A stretch of 64,000 nucleotides of DNA from Candidatus Enterousia sp. (GCA_045634865.1 JAZRBB010000002.1:5088-69087), one strand, 5' to 3'; positions 48,935 to 61,396 are shown, counted from the first letter of the stretch. Notes: generated from the letters alone by a model not told the origin. Made by a program: numbers and translations.

Positions 48935-49996
48935 TTAACCTAACTTGAACACTCGTGCTATGTCATTCCACATTGTAAAGACGAATAGTAACATTATAAA
49001 AACCCAACCACATATAATAACAATTTCCATTGCTTTGCCATCCAGTTTACGACGAATAATCGCCTCTATCAGCAATATTAATAAATAGCCCCCGTCAAGT
49101 ACAGGTAATGGTAATAAATTGATTATCCCCAGGTTTACAGAAAGCAGGGCGATGATGGATAAAAATGCAAAGAAACCCATTTCCAAAGCCTTGCCAGATA
49201 TCTGGGCAATAGTTATGAACGAGCCAAGTTGTTTAGAAGACCGTTCGCCAGTAATAATTTGTTTCAACACAATCAATAAATTTTTAGATTGATAGTATGT
49301 TTCACGTAAACCGGAATACAGCGCCTTGAAAAATGGTTTTGTCCTTGGTTCTGTCTTTTTACTGCCATCGGCAATCAGCCCCCAACGTTCAGCAGGTTGC
49401 AAAGTCAGTTTTACCAATTTATCTTTGCGCGCCACCAAAACATCTGAATCTTTTTTTGATGATAATTCTTTTGCGATAATCAATTCGCCCCAGTTATCAA
49501 TGCTGGCATTATTTATTTTCATTATGACATCACCAGGCTTTACACCAGCCTTGAATGCAACACTGTCACGAACAACCTGACCAATAACAGGTAATTGAAC
49601 AGCACGTGGCCTGAACATAAAATCGGCAGAATAAATTACCCATGCCAACAGGAAATTCATACATACACCCGCCGCAATAATTATGAATTGTTTCCATGCA
49701 GGTACAGACAAATAATGTCCAAGTTTCTTATCTTTTGGAAGTTCTGCATACTTTTTACGATGGAACATATCTTCTTGGCCGTATATGGAAACATAACCAC
49801 CCAACGGCAGACAACACAATTTCCATATTGTGCCATGTTTATCAGACCATTTTAATATCGCAGGGCCAAAACCAATTGAAAACGCATCAACACGAACACC
49901 AGCCCATCTGGCAGCCATAAAATGTCCCAGTTCGTGAACAAAAACCACAACACCCAAAACAATTAATAATGCAACAATAGTCAATACAGTATGCAT
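48935..49996 (-). CDS. rseP: RIP zinc metalloprotease RseP (site-2 protease)
   Basis: HELGH in TM1; PDZ domain; LDGG motif. Confidence 0.85.
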   Translation of the reverse strand: MHTVLTIVALLIVLGVVVFVHELGHFMAARWAGVRVDAFSIGFGPAILKWSDKHGTIWKLCCLPLGGYVSIYGQEDMFHRKKYAELPKDKKLGHYLSVPAWKQFIIIAAGVCMNFLLAWVIYSADFMFRPRAVQLPVIGQVVRDSVAFKAGVKPGDVIMKINNASIDNWGELIIAKELSSKKDSDVLVARKDKLVKLTLQPAERWGLIADGSKKTEPRTKPFFKALYSGLRETYYQSKNLLIVLKQIITGERSSKQLGSFITIAQISGKALEMGFFAFLSIIALLSVNLGIINLLPLPVLDGGYLLILLIEAIIRRKLDGKAMEIVIICGWVFIMLLFVFTMWNDIARVFKLG

Positions 49997-50020
49997 ATCT
50001 TACTTTCCTTGCTCTTTAAT

Positions 50021-50701
50021 TTATTTTAATAACAACCATAATAATGGCAAAACATACAGCCAGCCATCAACACGATCTAAAACACCACCATGTCCTGGTA
50101 ATAAATTACTAAAATCTTTGATGCCCATGCGTCTTTTGATTGCGCTGGCAGTCAAATCACCATATTGAGATAACAAAGAAACACCAATACCAAACCATAT
50201 TGCACCAGACAAATTTGTTCCAAATAATTGGCTATATAAAACAGACATTGCAGTTCCGCAAATGATACCACCAATTTGCCCGGCCCAAGTTTTATGCTCT
50301 GAAATGCGTTCCCATAATTTGTCGCCACCAAACAACATGCCAAACAACCAGCCACCGACATCTGCGCCAACTATTATCATCAGCACGCATAACATAATCC
50401 AAACATGCTGACCTACTGTGCATACAGATACCAATACGAAAATCAACCACAGCATAAATAATACAAAGGGCAGGGGCCGTTTTTTTATTGTCTTATTCGG
50501 CGCAACCTTTATACAACTTATCATTTCATATATACAAACCGCAAATACGATAATCCCAAGCCACATTACCGCATGAAAAGGGCGAATACCAAAAAATGGC
50601 ATGCCATATCTTTCAAGCAAGGCAGCGATTCCAATAACAAAAGCAATCGCACAGCCTGTAATTATACGCAACGAGGAATTGGATAATTCAGATAATTTCA
50701 T
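50021..50701 (-). CDS. cdsA: phosphatidate cytidylyltransferase
   Basis: Multi-TM; C-terminal CTP-transferase signature KRRMGIKDFSNLLPGHGGVLDRVD. Confidence 0.8.
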   Translation of the reverse strand: MKLSELSNSSLRIITGCAIAFVIGIAALLERYGMPFFGIRPFHAVMWLGIIVFAVCIYEMISCIKVAPNKTIKKRPLPFVLFMLWLIFVLVSVCTVGQHVWIMLCVLMIIVGADVGGWLFGMLFGGDKLWERISEHKTWAGQIGGIICGTAMSVLYSQLFGTNLSGAIWFGIGVSLLSQYGDLTASAIKRRMGIKDFSNLLPGHGGVLDRVDGWLYVLPLLWLLLK

Positions 50702-51456
50702 TTTTTATCCCCCAGATAATTTTTCTTTTTGCCACCACCAAAGCGTCTGTCGCGTTTGGTATATTCATCCAAAACATGTTGCCACAATTTTTCAGACTTT
50801 ACCAATTCTGGCCAATGTTCTGGGATGAATAGCAATTCGGCATAAGCCAATTTCCAAAGCAAGAAATTAGATATCCTGTGTTCATTGCTGGTACGTACCA
50901 CTAAATCGATAGGTAATAAATCGCCCGTATCCATAAATGTTTCGAATGTTTCTTTGTCCACTGGTTGACCGTTTTCAATCGCATCGTTCACAGCGCGCAC
51001 AATTTCGTCTTGGCCACCATAATTAAGCGCGAATACAACTGTGCCACCTGTGTTTTCTGCAGAACTTTCTTCTAATTTGTCGCATACGTCTGCCAATTTT
51101 TTTGGTAATTCTTTACGTGAACCAACAATGCGATAGCGCAGGTTTTTCTTGACCGCGTTTTCCATGTTTTTCTTCATTTCTGTATAAAACAGTTCCATCA
51201 GGAAATCTACTTCTTCTTTGGTTCTGGACCAGTTTTCAGTTGAAAATATAAAGAAAGAAACTGTTGAAACACCACGTTTCATAAACCAATCAACCAAGTT
51301 TTCGAAATTAGAAATACCAGCCTTGTGCCCCATCAAAGGTGGCAAGCCACGTTGTTCGGCCCACCTGCGATTGCCGTCACAAATAAACGCGATATGTTGT
51401 GGAATCTTTGCAGGCTTTGATTGCTCAGATTGTTTTTTCTTGAATATGTGAAACAT
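50698..51456 (-). CDS. uppS: undecaprenyl pyrophosphate synthase
   Basis: HIAFICDGNRRWA, FSTENW, ERR...GD motifs; ORF-track 5' extension to 51576 overlaps frr and lacks RBS. Confidence 0.85.
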   Translation of the reverse strand: MFHIFKKKQSEQSKPAKIPQHIAFICDGNRRWAEQRGLPPLMGHKAGISNFENLVDWFMKRGVSTVSFFIFSTENWSRTKEEVDFLMELFYTEMKKNMENAVKKNLRYRIVGSRKELPKKLADVCDKLEESSAENTGGTVVFALNYGGQDEIVRAVNDAIENGQPVDKETFETFMDTGDLLPIDLVVRTSNEHRISNFLLWKLAYAELLFIPEHWPELVKSEKLWQHVLDEYTKRDRRFGGGKKKNYLGDKK

Positions 51457-51469
51457 TTTCAACTCCGTC

Positions 51470-52030
51470 TTAAACAGACATAATGTCTGATTCTTTCTGT
51501 TTTGCCAAAGCATCAACTTCCGAAGCACGCATATCAAAGACTTTTTGTATGTCCTCTTCATATTTACGTTGATCATCTTCAGAAATTTCTTTGTCGGTCA
51601 CAGCACGCTTGATTTTGCCCATTGCATCTTGGCGAATATTACGCATAGATATTTTTGCTTCTTCTGCGTATTTTCCGGCGACTTTGGTCAATTCGCGACG
51701 ACGTTCTTCGGTTAGTGGTGGCAAATTCAGACGAATAACACCACCAGCAGTCATCGGATTCAATCCCAAACCTGAATCACGAATCGCCTTTTCCACAGCA
51801 GGTGCGTTTGCAACGTCCCACACCGTCACAGACAAAGTTTGCGTGTCTGGGGTTGATACCGTTGCCACCTGATTTAGTGGCATTTCAGAACCATAGACAG
51901 GTACGCGAACGCCGTCCAGTAAATGCACAGATGCACGACCAGTGCGCAAACCAGCGAATTCGTTCTGTAATACTTCCAATGTCTGGGCAGTTTTCTGTTC
52001 TACTTCTGATTTCAGGGCAGAATAATCCAT
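51470..52030 (-). CDS. frr: ribosome recycling factor
   Basis: Start MDYSALKSEVE; 186 aa; conserved Frr sequence. Confidence 0.9.
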   Translation of the reverse strand: MDYSALKSEVEQKTAQTLEVLQNEFAGLRTGRASVHLLDGVRVPVYGSEMPLNQVATVSTPDTQTLSVTVWDVANAPAVEKAIRDSGLGLNPMTAGGVIRLNLPPLTEERRRELTKVAGKYAEEAKISMRNIRQDAMGKIKRAVTDKEISEDDQRKYEEDIQKVFDMRASEVDALAKQKESDIMSV

Positions 52031-52119
52031 AAAAATCTCCTTTGATATAAATGTTCGTATCAACATTAGCAAAATGATTTGACATTTGGCAAGAAGAAAT
52101 ATAGAATAAATCTCCGCAA

Positions 52120-52195
52120 GGGGTTGTAGCTCAGTTGGTAGAGCACTTGCATGGCATGCAAGGGGTCGTCAGTTCGAGTCTGATCAGCTCCACCA
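52120..52195 (+). tRNA. tRNA-Ala(GGC)
   Basis: G3:U70 identity pair, anticodon loop ATGGCAT, CCA encoded. Confidence 0.85.
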
Positions 52196-52262
52196 CCGAT
52201 TTTCACCGAAGCGGAGCGAGGGCTGAAAATCGAGTGTCTCGCCGAAGCACAGCGAATTCTTG
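52196..52262 (+). repeat. tRNA 3'-trailer hairpin element, copy 2 (abuts tRNA-Ala)
   Basis: ccgattttcaccgaagcggagcgagggctgaaaatcgagtgtc.. is about 80% identical to the reverse complement of 5382..5448. Confidence 0.6.
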
Positions 52263-52341
52263 GAAATAAAATTCAAGATTAAAGTAATGCGAAGGCGGAC
52301 AGAAAGTAAAAAGACCATGCTGTAATAAATAGACAGTTATG

Positions 52342-52418
52342 GCGGGTGTAGCTCAGTTGGTTAGAGCGTTGGTTTGTGGTACCAAATGTCGCCAGTTCGA
52401 ATCTGGTCACCCGCCCCA
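52342..52418 (+). tRNA. tRNA-His(GTG) with genomically encoded G-1 (52341) opposite C73
   Basis: Anticodon loop TTGTGGT; G-1:C73; CCA encoded. Confidence 0.8.
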
Positions 52419-52427
52419 TAAATAAAA

Positions 52428-52456
52428 AAGCGCACCGAATGGTGCGGTTTTTTTAT
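52428..52456 (+). terminator. rho-independent terminator after the tRNA-His gene
   Basis: gcgcaccgaatggtgcg hairpin plus T7 run. Confidence 0.65.
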
Positions 52457-52634
52457 TTATCTGGTCGGGTCAGATTCGAACTGGCGAAGAAGCCAGTCGA
52501 CCCGCAGGCGAAAGGCAGACGGAAGTATGCTGGTGAGCGGAGCGAAAGAGCCAAGGGAGTGAAGCGAAGCGCAACAATCTGGTCATCACACTTTGTTAAA
52601 ACTTCGTGTGATAAACCCGCCCCATAGTAAACTC

Positions 52635-52979
52635 TTATGCTGTCAATTCATACGACATTTCTATCAAATGTTGGATGTTTTTTATCGGTAATGTCCCGTC
52701 TAACAATATTGTAATCCAATGATTTTTGTTCATGTGATATGCTGGTAAAATACCCTTTACACCACGAAAGAATTCTGCATCGCTTGTTTTTACGTTTATA
52801 AAATCTATTTTGCCATCACCCGACAGTTTCAAGATTCGGCGCGGAACAGTGCCGACTAATGCAAACCATTTTTTATTATTTTTATGCCTAAATATGCAAT
52901 GTGTTGTATAACGCCTCCACAGATATTCTGGGGAAGCGTTATATTTTTTATCTATGAATTTTATAATGTCTTGTTTCAT
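52635..52979 (-). CDS. MmcQ/YjbR-family protein
   Basis: 114 aa; YjbR-like. Confidence 0.6.
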   Translation of the reverse strand: MKQDIIKFIDKKYNASPEYLWRRYTTHCIFRHKNNKKWFALVGTVPRRILKLSGDGKIDFINVKTSDAEFFRGVKGILPAYHMNKNHWITILLDGTLPIKNIQHLIEMSYELTA

Positions 52980-54001
52980 TATTTCAGATTAGCCCTAAAG
53001 AACTGTTCCATTTTATCAAATGGTATTACATCCATATTGTCATATAAATCAACATGGTTTGCCCCTGGGATAATCATCAATTCCTTATTATTACCAGTGA
53101 GTTTAGCAAAAGCACCTTCACTGAAATAACGGCTGTGCGCCTTTTCGCCGTGTATCAATAATACAGGTGTACGAATTTCGTGTGCATATTGCAAGATTGG
53201 CATGTTGATAAATGACAAAGAACTTGTCTTGTTCCAACCGCCGTTTGAATTCAATGAACGTTTATGATATCCACGTGGTGTTTTGTAATATGCATAGTAA
53301 TCTTTAACGAATTGTGGCGCATCATCTGGTAATGGGTCAACAACACCACCCGCCAAATCATACTTGCCATTTTTGTAATCAACGGTTCTTTGATTATTCA
53401 TTGCAACCTTGTTTGCGTATCTGGAATCTGCATTATCATCAACATCGTCATAGCCCTTAGCAGAAATACGTGTCATATCATACATTGTTGATGCCACAGT
53501 TGCCTTGATACGTGTATCCATTGCAGCTGCATTTATCGCCATTCCACCCCAACCACAAATACCAATGATACCAATTTTTTCTGCATCTACATCTTTGCGG
53601 TTTGCTAAGTAATCAACGGCAGCAGAAAAATCTTCTGTGTTTATATCGGGGGATGCAACATAACGAACATTGCCACCACTTTCGCCAGTAAATGATGGGT
53701 CAAATGCTAATGTTATAAATCCCCGTGATGCCATTTCTTGGGCGTATAGTCCAGATGATTGTTCTTTAACTGCACCAAATGGACCAGATACTGCGATTGC
53801 TGGCATCTTTTCTGCTGTTTTATTTTTAGGCATATACAAATTACCAGTCAATTCGATTCCATATCTGTTGTGGAAATGAACCTTTTGCATGACAACATTT
53901 GGATTTTTTGGAAATACATTATCCCATTTGTTGCATGGTATAAGAAAATATCCGAATATTCCTAAAATTGCTACGATTGCGATTATGATGATTGTTTTCA
54001 T
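52979..54001 (-). CDS. membrane-anchored alpha/beta hydrolase (dienelactone hydrolase/peptidase S9-like)
   Basis: N-terminal TM; nucleophile elbow GICGWGG; C-terminal His. Confidence 0.6.
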   Translation of the reverse strand: MKTIIIIAIVAILGIFGYFLIPCNKWDNVFPKNPNVVMQKVHFHNRYGIELTGNLYMPKNKTAEKMPAIAVSGPFGAVKEQSSGLYAQEMASRGFITLAFDPSFTGESGGNVRYVASPDINTEDFSAAVDYLANRKDVDAEKIGIIGICGWGGMAINAAAMDTRIKATVASTMYDMTRISAKGYDDVDDNADSRYANKVAMNNQRTVDYKNGKYDLAGGVVDPLPDDAPQFVKDYYAYYKTPRGYHKRSLNSNGGWNKTSSLSFINMPILQYAHEIRTPVLLIHGEKAHSRYFSEGAFAKLTGNNKELMIIPGANHVDLYDNMDVIPFDKMEQFFRANLK

Positions 54002-54089
54002 TTTTGACTCCTTTCATTTTGGAATGATACAGAATATGCAAAAGTTTTGCAAGTGAATAACTAAATGTTCCGTCAATCATCTTGTCAGA

Positions 54090-55853
54090 TTATTTCACGA
54101 TATTATGGAAAATTGTGGCTGGTAATGTTCCACCAGTTATCTTTGATGACATTGGTGTAAAGTCGTCTTTGCCAACCCATATTCCCATTACATAATTTGG
54201 TGTAGCACCAACAAACCAAGCATCACGATTGTTATTGCTGGTTCCTGTTTTGCCACCGAATACATTGGGGGTATATGCGCGTTTGCCTGTTCCGTTTACA
54301 ACAACATCGTATAACAACTGCTTCATGTATTCGACTGTGGTTTCAGATAAAATTTGGATTTCATCAGACGGATTGCGCTCATAAACAATATTTCCATTTG
54401 CGTCTTTGATTTTTGTAATTGAATAGGGGTGCACAGATTGACCGTCATTCCAAATCACAGAATATATTGTGGTTAAATCCAACAAACTCATTTCCGAAGC
54501 ACCCAATACAGTTGAATATTCGCGCTTTAACTTATGTCCCACCCCCAATCGTGAAGCCATATTTAATACTGAATCTATGCCGTATTGTTTAGTCAATTTT
54601 AACGGGACAGAATTAACGCTTTTTGCAAATGCAGTTGCCAAAGTTATATCGCCATAGTATTTATCATCATAATTCTTTGGATTATAGTCGCCAATTGCAA
54701 ATTGTGAATCATTGACATAAGAGTCTGGCGTCATACCGTTTTCCAACGCGACCAGATACACCACAGGTTTGAACGAAGAACCAGGCTGTCTTAATGCCAA
54801 AACACGATTAAACTGGCTGACCTGATAATCATCGCCGCCCACCATAGATTGTATTGCACCATCACGCGCAATTGCAATAATTGCACCTTGATATTCGCCA
54901 ATATTTGCGGATAAAGTTGCGGCAACCTGTGTCTGTAATTTTGTGTCCATAGTAGTGTATACATATAAATCTTGATTTATGTTTCCAACTCTGGATTCTA
55001 TTTCGTCCATAACAAAGTCAGTCCAATAACGATATATATTTTTATCTTGTTTTACGGTTGTTGCTTTCAATTCTTGGGCTGCACGTTGCGCGGTTTCCAA
55101 TGGTATATAACCTTGCTTTACCATTTCAGTCAAAACAACACGTGCGCGTTTAATATTGCGTTCAGGATTTTTTAATGGGCTGTAAGTTGTTGGTGCTTTT
55201 AACATTGCTGCAATTTGTGCGCTTTCTGCCACAGTCATTTTATTTGCGCCATGTCCGAACAACAAACTTGATGCTGCATCAATACCACGCAATCCACCGA
55301 CCAATGAAATTCGATTCATATACAAATCCAGAATCTGATTTTTATCAAATTTGTTTTCCAGCCAATAAGACAATATCAATTCTTGAACTTTTCTGGATAC
55401 CTTTTTATCGCGCGATAAGAATATGTTTTTTGCGGTTTGCTGGGTTATGGTCGAGCCACCTGCGGCAAATCGACCATGAAACAAGTTCACAAACAAAGCT
55501 CGCATTGTTCCACGATATGATAACGCACCATGTTTATAGAAATTTTTATCTTCGATTGCTAAAATTGCTTGATACACATGCGGTGGCAAAGTTTTAACTG
55601 AAACAGGTGTTCCCATAATACGTCCGCTGGATCGGATTTCTTCGCCGTTTTTATCCAGAAAAACAATTGCAGGTTCACGGGTTTCGTGCAATACAGAATC
55701 CAAAGATGGCATTTGTAAAAACACAAATAAAACATACAACCCAACTAGCGCAACAACCACCAAACCACAGTTAAAGAAAAACGCAAACAATCGCGATTTG
55801 AATGAACGTTTTTTGTTTTCTGACCTTTCTTTGCGAATGTTGTGTTGTTGCAT
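54090..55853 (-). CDS. bifunctional penicillin-binding protein 1A-like (GT51 transglycosylase plus transpeptidase)
   Basis: N-terminal TM; GT51 motifs (EDKNFYKH, GGSTITQQ); TPase SSFKP and KTGTS. Confidence 0.85.
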   Translation of the reverse strand: MQQHNIRKERSENKKRSFKSRLFAFFFNCGLVVVALVGLYVLFVFLQMPSLDSVLHETREPAIVFLDKNGEEIRSSGRIMGTPVSVKTLPPHVYQAILAIEDKNFYKHGALSYRGTMRALFVNLFHGRFAAGGSTITQQTAKNIFLSRDKKVSRKVQELILSYWLENKFDKNQILDLYMNRISLVGGLRGIDAASSLLFGHGANKMTVAESAQIAAMLKAPTTYSPLKNPERNIKRARVVLTEMVKQGYIPLETAQRAAQELKATTVKQDKNIYRYWTDFVMDEIESRVGNINQDLYVYTTMDTKLQTQVAATLSANIGEYQGAIIAIARDGAIQSMVGGDDYQVSQFNRVLALRQPGSSFKPVVYLVALENGMTPDSYVNDSQFAIGDYNPKNYDDKYYGDITLATAFAKSVNSVPLKLTKQYGIDSVLNMASRLGVGHKLKREYSTVLGASEMSLLDLTTIYSVIWNDGQSVHPYSITKIKDANGNIVYERNPSDEIQILSETTVEYMKQLLYDVVVNGTGKRAYTPNVFGGKTGTSNNNRDAWFVGATPNYVMGIWVGKDDFTPMSSKITGGTLPATIFHNIVK

Positions 55854-55867
55854 AAACGCCCCCACGA

Positions 55868-57889
<2,022 letters not shown>

Positions 57890-57934
57890 TTAATAAAAAA
57901 ACACCGCCATTTTCGGCGGTGTATATTGAATTAT

Positions 57935-58186
57935 TTATCTGCCATTATTGCGTGTTTGACTGTTATACGCATTGAAAAAGGCTTTTTTCTTTAATTCGTG
58001 GCTTAAATTAGTTTTGGTGTGTATCAATTCGTAGTACTCACTCCAACTCTCAGAGGATTCAAATTGCACAGTGTTATTTGCAAAGGCGATAACAATGTCG
58101 TTAATGCGACGCTGTTTCTCAGAGACGTCTTGGACATCAACAGTCGCTAAAATATCATCTCTGGTTATAAGTCGTTTGTCTATCAT
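57935..58186 (-). CDS. small protein, paralog of 58228..58545 (shared ..IAFA.N......S..SW......I..K...S...K...Y.NAYN.Q.....NNGR)
   Basis: 83 aa; followed by a hairpin terminator. Confidence 0.4.
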   Translation of the reverse strand: MIDKRLITRDDILATVDVQDVSEKQRRINDIVIAFANNTVQFESSESWSEYYELIHTKTNLSHELKKKAFFNAYNSQTRNNGR

Positions 58187-58227
58187 TTAATCCTCTTTTG
58201 TGTCTGAGCCACAGACAAAAACATATT

Positions 58228-58545
58228 TTATCTGCCGTTGTTGTTCGCTTGTTTGCGCGTACCACGTAACATTTCTAGTTGTTTGTTATAAGCATTAGAA
58301 TATGCGTTATACTTGATGCTTTCACTAAAACTGGACTTTTTGTATATCACGTTGCAGAATGCTTCCCATGAATCCAAAGAATCCAACCGCATATCATTAT
58401 CAGCAAAAGCAAGACAAATTTTGTTAATGTATCTTTGGCGATTTGTTTTTGTATTGTTAATCGCATAAATATCTTTTGCGGTGATAACTTTGTTTTTCAG
58501 AATTTGGTCAATATATTCTTCTGTTATAATTTCATTGTTTGTCAT
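58228..58545 (-). CDS. small protein, paralog of 57935..58186
   Basis: 105 aa; identical C-terminal NNGR; tandem duplication. Confidence 0.4.
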   Translation of the reverse strand: MTNNEIITEEYIDQILKNKVITAKDIYAINNTKTNRQRYINKICLAFADNDMRLDSLDSWEAFCNVIYKKSSFSESIKYNAYSNAYNKQLEMLRGTRKQANNNGR

Positions 58546-58637
58546 TTTTTACACCTCTTTTACGCACACTATAAACTAAAAAATCGATTTGTCACGTAAA
58601 ATCAACAAAAAAACACCGCCCGTTTGGGCAGTTATGA

Positions 58638-59384
58638 TTAGCGTAAATAAAACGTTATCGTTGATACTACACGAACGCGTTTATTTATTGCCTGCTTTTC
58701 ATTATCAGACCATGCATCAGTTTGATCGCGTGCAGAAATGCTGAATACACCCTGGTTAGCAGACTGAATTTTTCCCAATTTAGCATCTGCATCTTTGGCA
58801 AATTGCTCACCCGCAGCAGTTGCGTTTTTGGTTGCAGCCTCTATCATCTTTATTTTGATATCATTCAGCCCATTGAACAAATAAATCGGACCAGCATAAT
58901 CTTCTGTCACTGTGACACCTTGTCGGACCAGGTCGCCCATTTTGCGTGATGCCGAATCAACTAAATCAACAGATGTCGAACGAACCATTACACCCGTTTC
59001 AACAACATATCTGTCATTTTGTTCTTCGCCCTGACGTTGTGCGTCAGAATAGCCTGCAAATTTATCACGTACCTGAACACGCAGGTTTTGCAATTCAGAA
59101 TCCTTGAACCCGTTTTCTATTAAAAAAGCACGCGTCTTTTTAATATCATTATCAATATCTGATTGAACACGTGCCAAATCACGACCAACACGATTGAATT
59201 TTATATTCCAAACGGCAGTATCAGCCACAACATCCATTTCTGCCAGACCCTTTACCGTCACTGTCCTGCGATTTAATGATTCGTATATTCCATCGCCAAT
59301 AAAGAACCCGCCAAGCGCCACACCAAACGCCAACACAACACCGAATAAAACAGATTTAGATTTAATTTTTTCAGATATTTTCAT
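58638..59384 (-). CDS. SIMPL-domain (DUF541/BP26-like) periplasmic protein
   Basis: Start MKISEKIKSK; TM anchor; SIMPL signature VTVKGLAEMDVVADTAVWNIKF. Confidence 0.65.
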   Translation of the reverse strand: MKISEKIKSKSVLFGVVLAFGVALGGFFIGDGIYESLNRRTVTVKGLAEMDVVADTAVWNIKFNRVGRDLARVQSDIDNDIKKTRAFLIENGFKDSELQNLRVQVRDKFAGYSDAQRQGEEQNDRYVVETGVMVRSTSVDLVDSASRKMGDLVRQGVTVTEDYAGPIYLFNGLNDIKIKMIEAATKNATAAGEQFAKDADAKLGKIQSANQGVFSISARDQTDAWSDNEKQAINKRVRVVSTITFYLR

Positions 59385-59605
59385 TGTTATCCCCCATAAC
59401 GCAGCAATTATAACAACAATGCACATGTATATCAATCAGAAAAAACTTGATAAATTTTTTCCTATGATGTATAGTGTTCGCTATCAACCATTTGGGAATC
59501 TTTTCCAATATGTATGTTTGCGTTTAGTTTTTGGAAACAATTTAACCGACAATCTGTCTGATTGACGGGTTGTTTTGTTTAACCTTGATAAACAAAGGAT
59601 AAAAG

Positions 59606-61396
59606 ATGCGTTCTAAAACTAAAAAATCATCAGACAAGATGATATTGCCTGCGTCGCTGTGGCAATTTTATATGCATTATGCGTTCAAGGGTTTTTGGTT
59701 CGTAATGATTTTGTTTTGTATAGTTAATTTAATAACTTTCACAGACGGAATTGTTTGGCCATATATTCAACAAAAGTTTATACATTTGTTTGAAGCAACG
59801 GTGCCAGCAGGCATGTCTTTGTTGCAATATTCTATGCCAACAATTGTATGGATAATTGTGACATTTATATTGCTGGATTTAACAAATATTTTTGGTAATT
59901 TTCTGTGGACCAAGAATGCCCCCAGGGTCAGAAATCAAATATCAGAAATTATGACCGATTATGTTCATAAACAATCAATGTCATTCTGGACCAGTAAGAT
60001 GTCTGGGTCTATAAACAGTCAGATAGGTTATATTTCGGACGGAATATGGGCTTTTAATGTATGTTCTCAAATTATTGGCAGAATAATGATTGTGTTTGTA
60101 AATGCGGGTATGTTGTTTTCTCTGAATAAATATATCGCGTATTTATTTACAGTTGCGTTTGTATTGCGTGCTACGTATATGTGGTTTCTAAGAAAACGTA
60201 TCAAGAAAACCAGTGCTGATGCTGCTGATGCGAATAGTGCATTAAATGGTAAATTGGTGGACAGTTTTTCTAATTATGCCATTGTTAAATATTTTGCCGG
60301 TACAAAAAAAGAAGAACAAGCACTTAAAGAACCACGTATGAAAATGCTAAAAACACGATTCTTGGCTTCTTATATGCAAAGACTGTCTTGGGCTTTTCCT
60401 GTGATGATATGGGATGTATTATACGGTTTGACAATGTTGTTTTGCATAATGCTTTATCAGCGTGGACAAATGAGTGTTTCTGATGTTGTGTTTGCTACAA
60501 CAGTTTATATGGTTGTTATGGGGTCTATAAACGCAATCATAAATCAAATACCAGATGTTATAACGCATTTTGCAGATGCCAAGAAAGCATACAATAAACT
60601 GGTTATGCCAATCAATATTGTTGATAAACCAAATGCACCAGATTTAGTGGTTAAAAAAGGTTTGATTGAATTCAGACATATTGTGTTTGGGTATCGTAAT
60701 CGCCCTGTGCTGACAGATTTAATGTTGCGTATCAAACCTGGCGAACGTGTTGGTATTGTTGGTTCCAGCGGTGCTGGTAAAACAACATTGGTCAATTTGC
60801 TGATGCGTTTTTATGAACCAAAACATGGTCAGATTTTAATTGATGGGCAAGATATTGCAGATGTCAAGCAAGATTCTTTGCGTTCACAAATTGCATTTAT
60901 ACCTCAAGATCCGTCTATGTTTAATCGAACAATCGGTGAAAATATTGGGTACGGTAAATTTGGTGCAACCAAGGCTGAAATTCGTAAAGCAGCAAAAAGT
61001 GCATCTGCTGACGAATTTATTATGAAAACAGACAAGAAATATAATTCTTTGGTTGGTGATAAAGGCATCAAATTGTCTGGTGGTCAAAGACAACGTATCG
61101 CAATTGCACGTGCTTTTCTGAAAGATGCGCCTATATTGGTTCTGGACGAAGCAACATCTGCGCTGGACAGTGAAACCGAAGTCGCAATTCAGGAATCGTT
61201 TGAGAAATTGTCCAAGGGCAGAACGACCATAGCGATTGCACATCGTTTATCTACTTTACGTAATATGGACAGAATCATAGTGCTGGACAAAGGTGTGATA
61301 GCAGAACAGGGAACGCACCAACAGTTGTTGCGCAAAAAAGGAAAATACTATCAACTTTGGCAAATGCAATCTGGTGGATTTTTAACAGAAAAATAA
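59606..61396 (+). CDS. ABC transporter permease/ATPase (MsbA-like exporter)
   Basis: 6 TM plus NBD with GSSGAGKTT, LSGGQRQR, LVLDEATSALD. Confidence 0.8.
   Translation: MRSKTKKSSDKMILPASLWQFYMHYAFKGFWFVMILFCIVNLITFTDGIVWPYIQQKFIHLFEATVPAGMSLLQYSMPTIVWIIVTFILLDLTNIFGNFLWTKNAPRVRNQISEIMTDYVHKQSMSFWTSKMSGSINSQIGYISDGIWAFNVCSQIIGRIMIVFVNAGMLFSLNKYIAYLFTVAFVLRATYMWFLRKRIKKTSADAADANSALNGKLVDSFSNYAIVKYFAGTKKEEQALKEPRMKMLKTRFLASYMQRLSWAFPVMIWDVLYGLTMLFCIMLYQRGQMSVSDVVFATTVYMVVMGSINAIINQIPDVITHFADAKKAYNKLVMPINIVDKPNAPDLVVKKGLIEFRHIVFGYRNRPVLTDLMLRIKPGERVGIVGSSGAGKTTLVNLLMRFYEPKHGQILIDGQDIADVKQDSLRSQIAFIPQDPSMFNRTIGENIGYGKFGATKAEIRKAAKSASADEFIMKTDKKYNSLVGDKGIKLSGGQRQRIAIARAFLKDAPILVLDEATSALDSETEVAIQESFEKLSKGRTTIAIAHRLSTLRNMDRIIVLDKGVIAEQGTHQQLLRKKGKYYQLWQMQSGGFLTEK

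Noticed and set aside
51457-51576. 5' extension of uppS ORF
   Set aside because: It overlaps the frr 3' end, and the UppS conserved core begins shortly after the internal Met.
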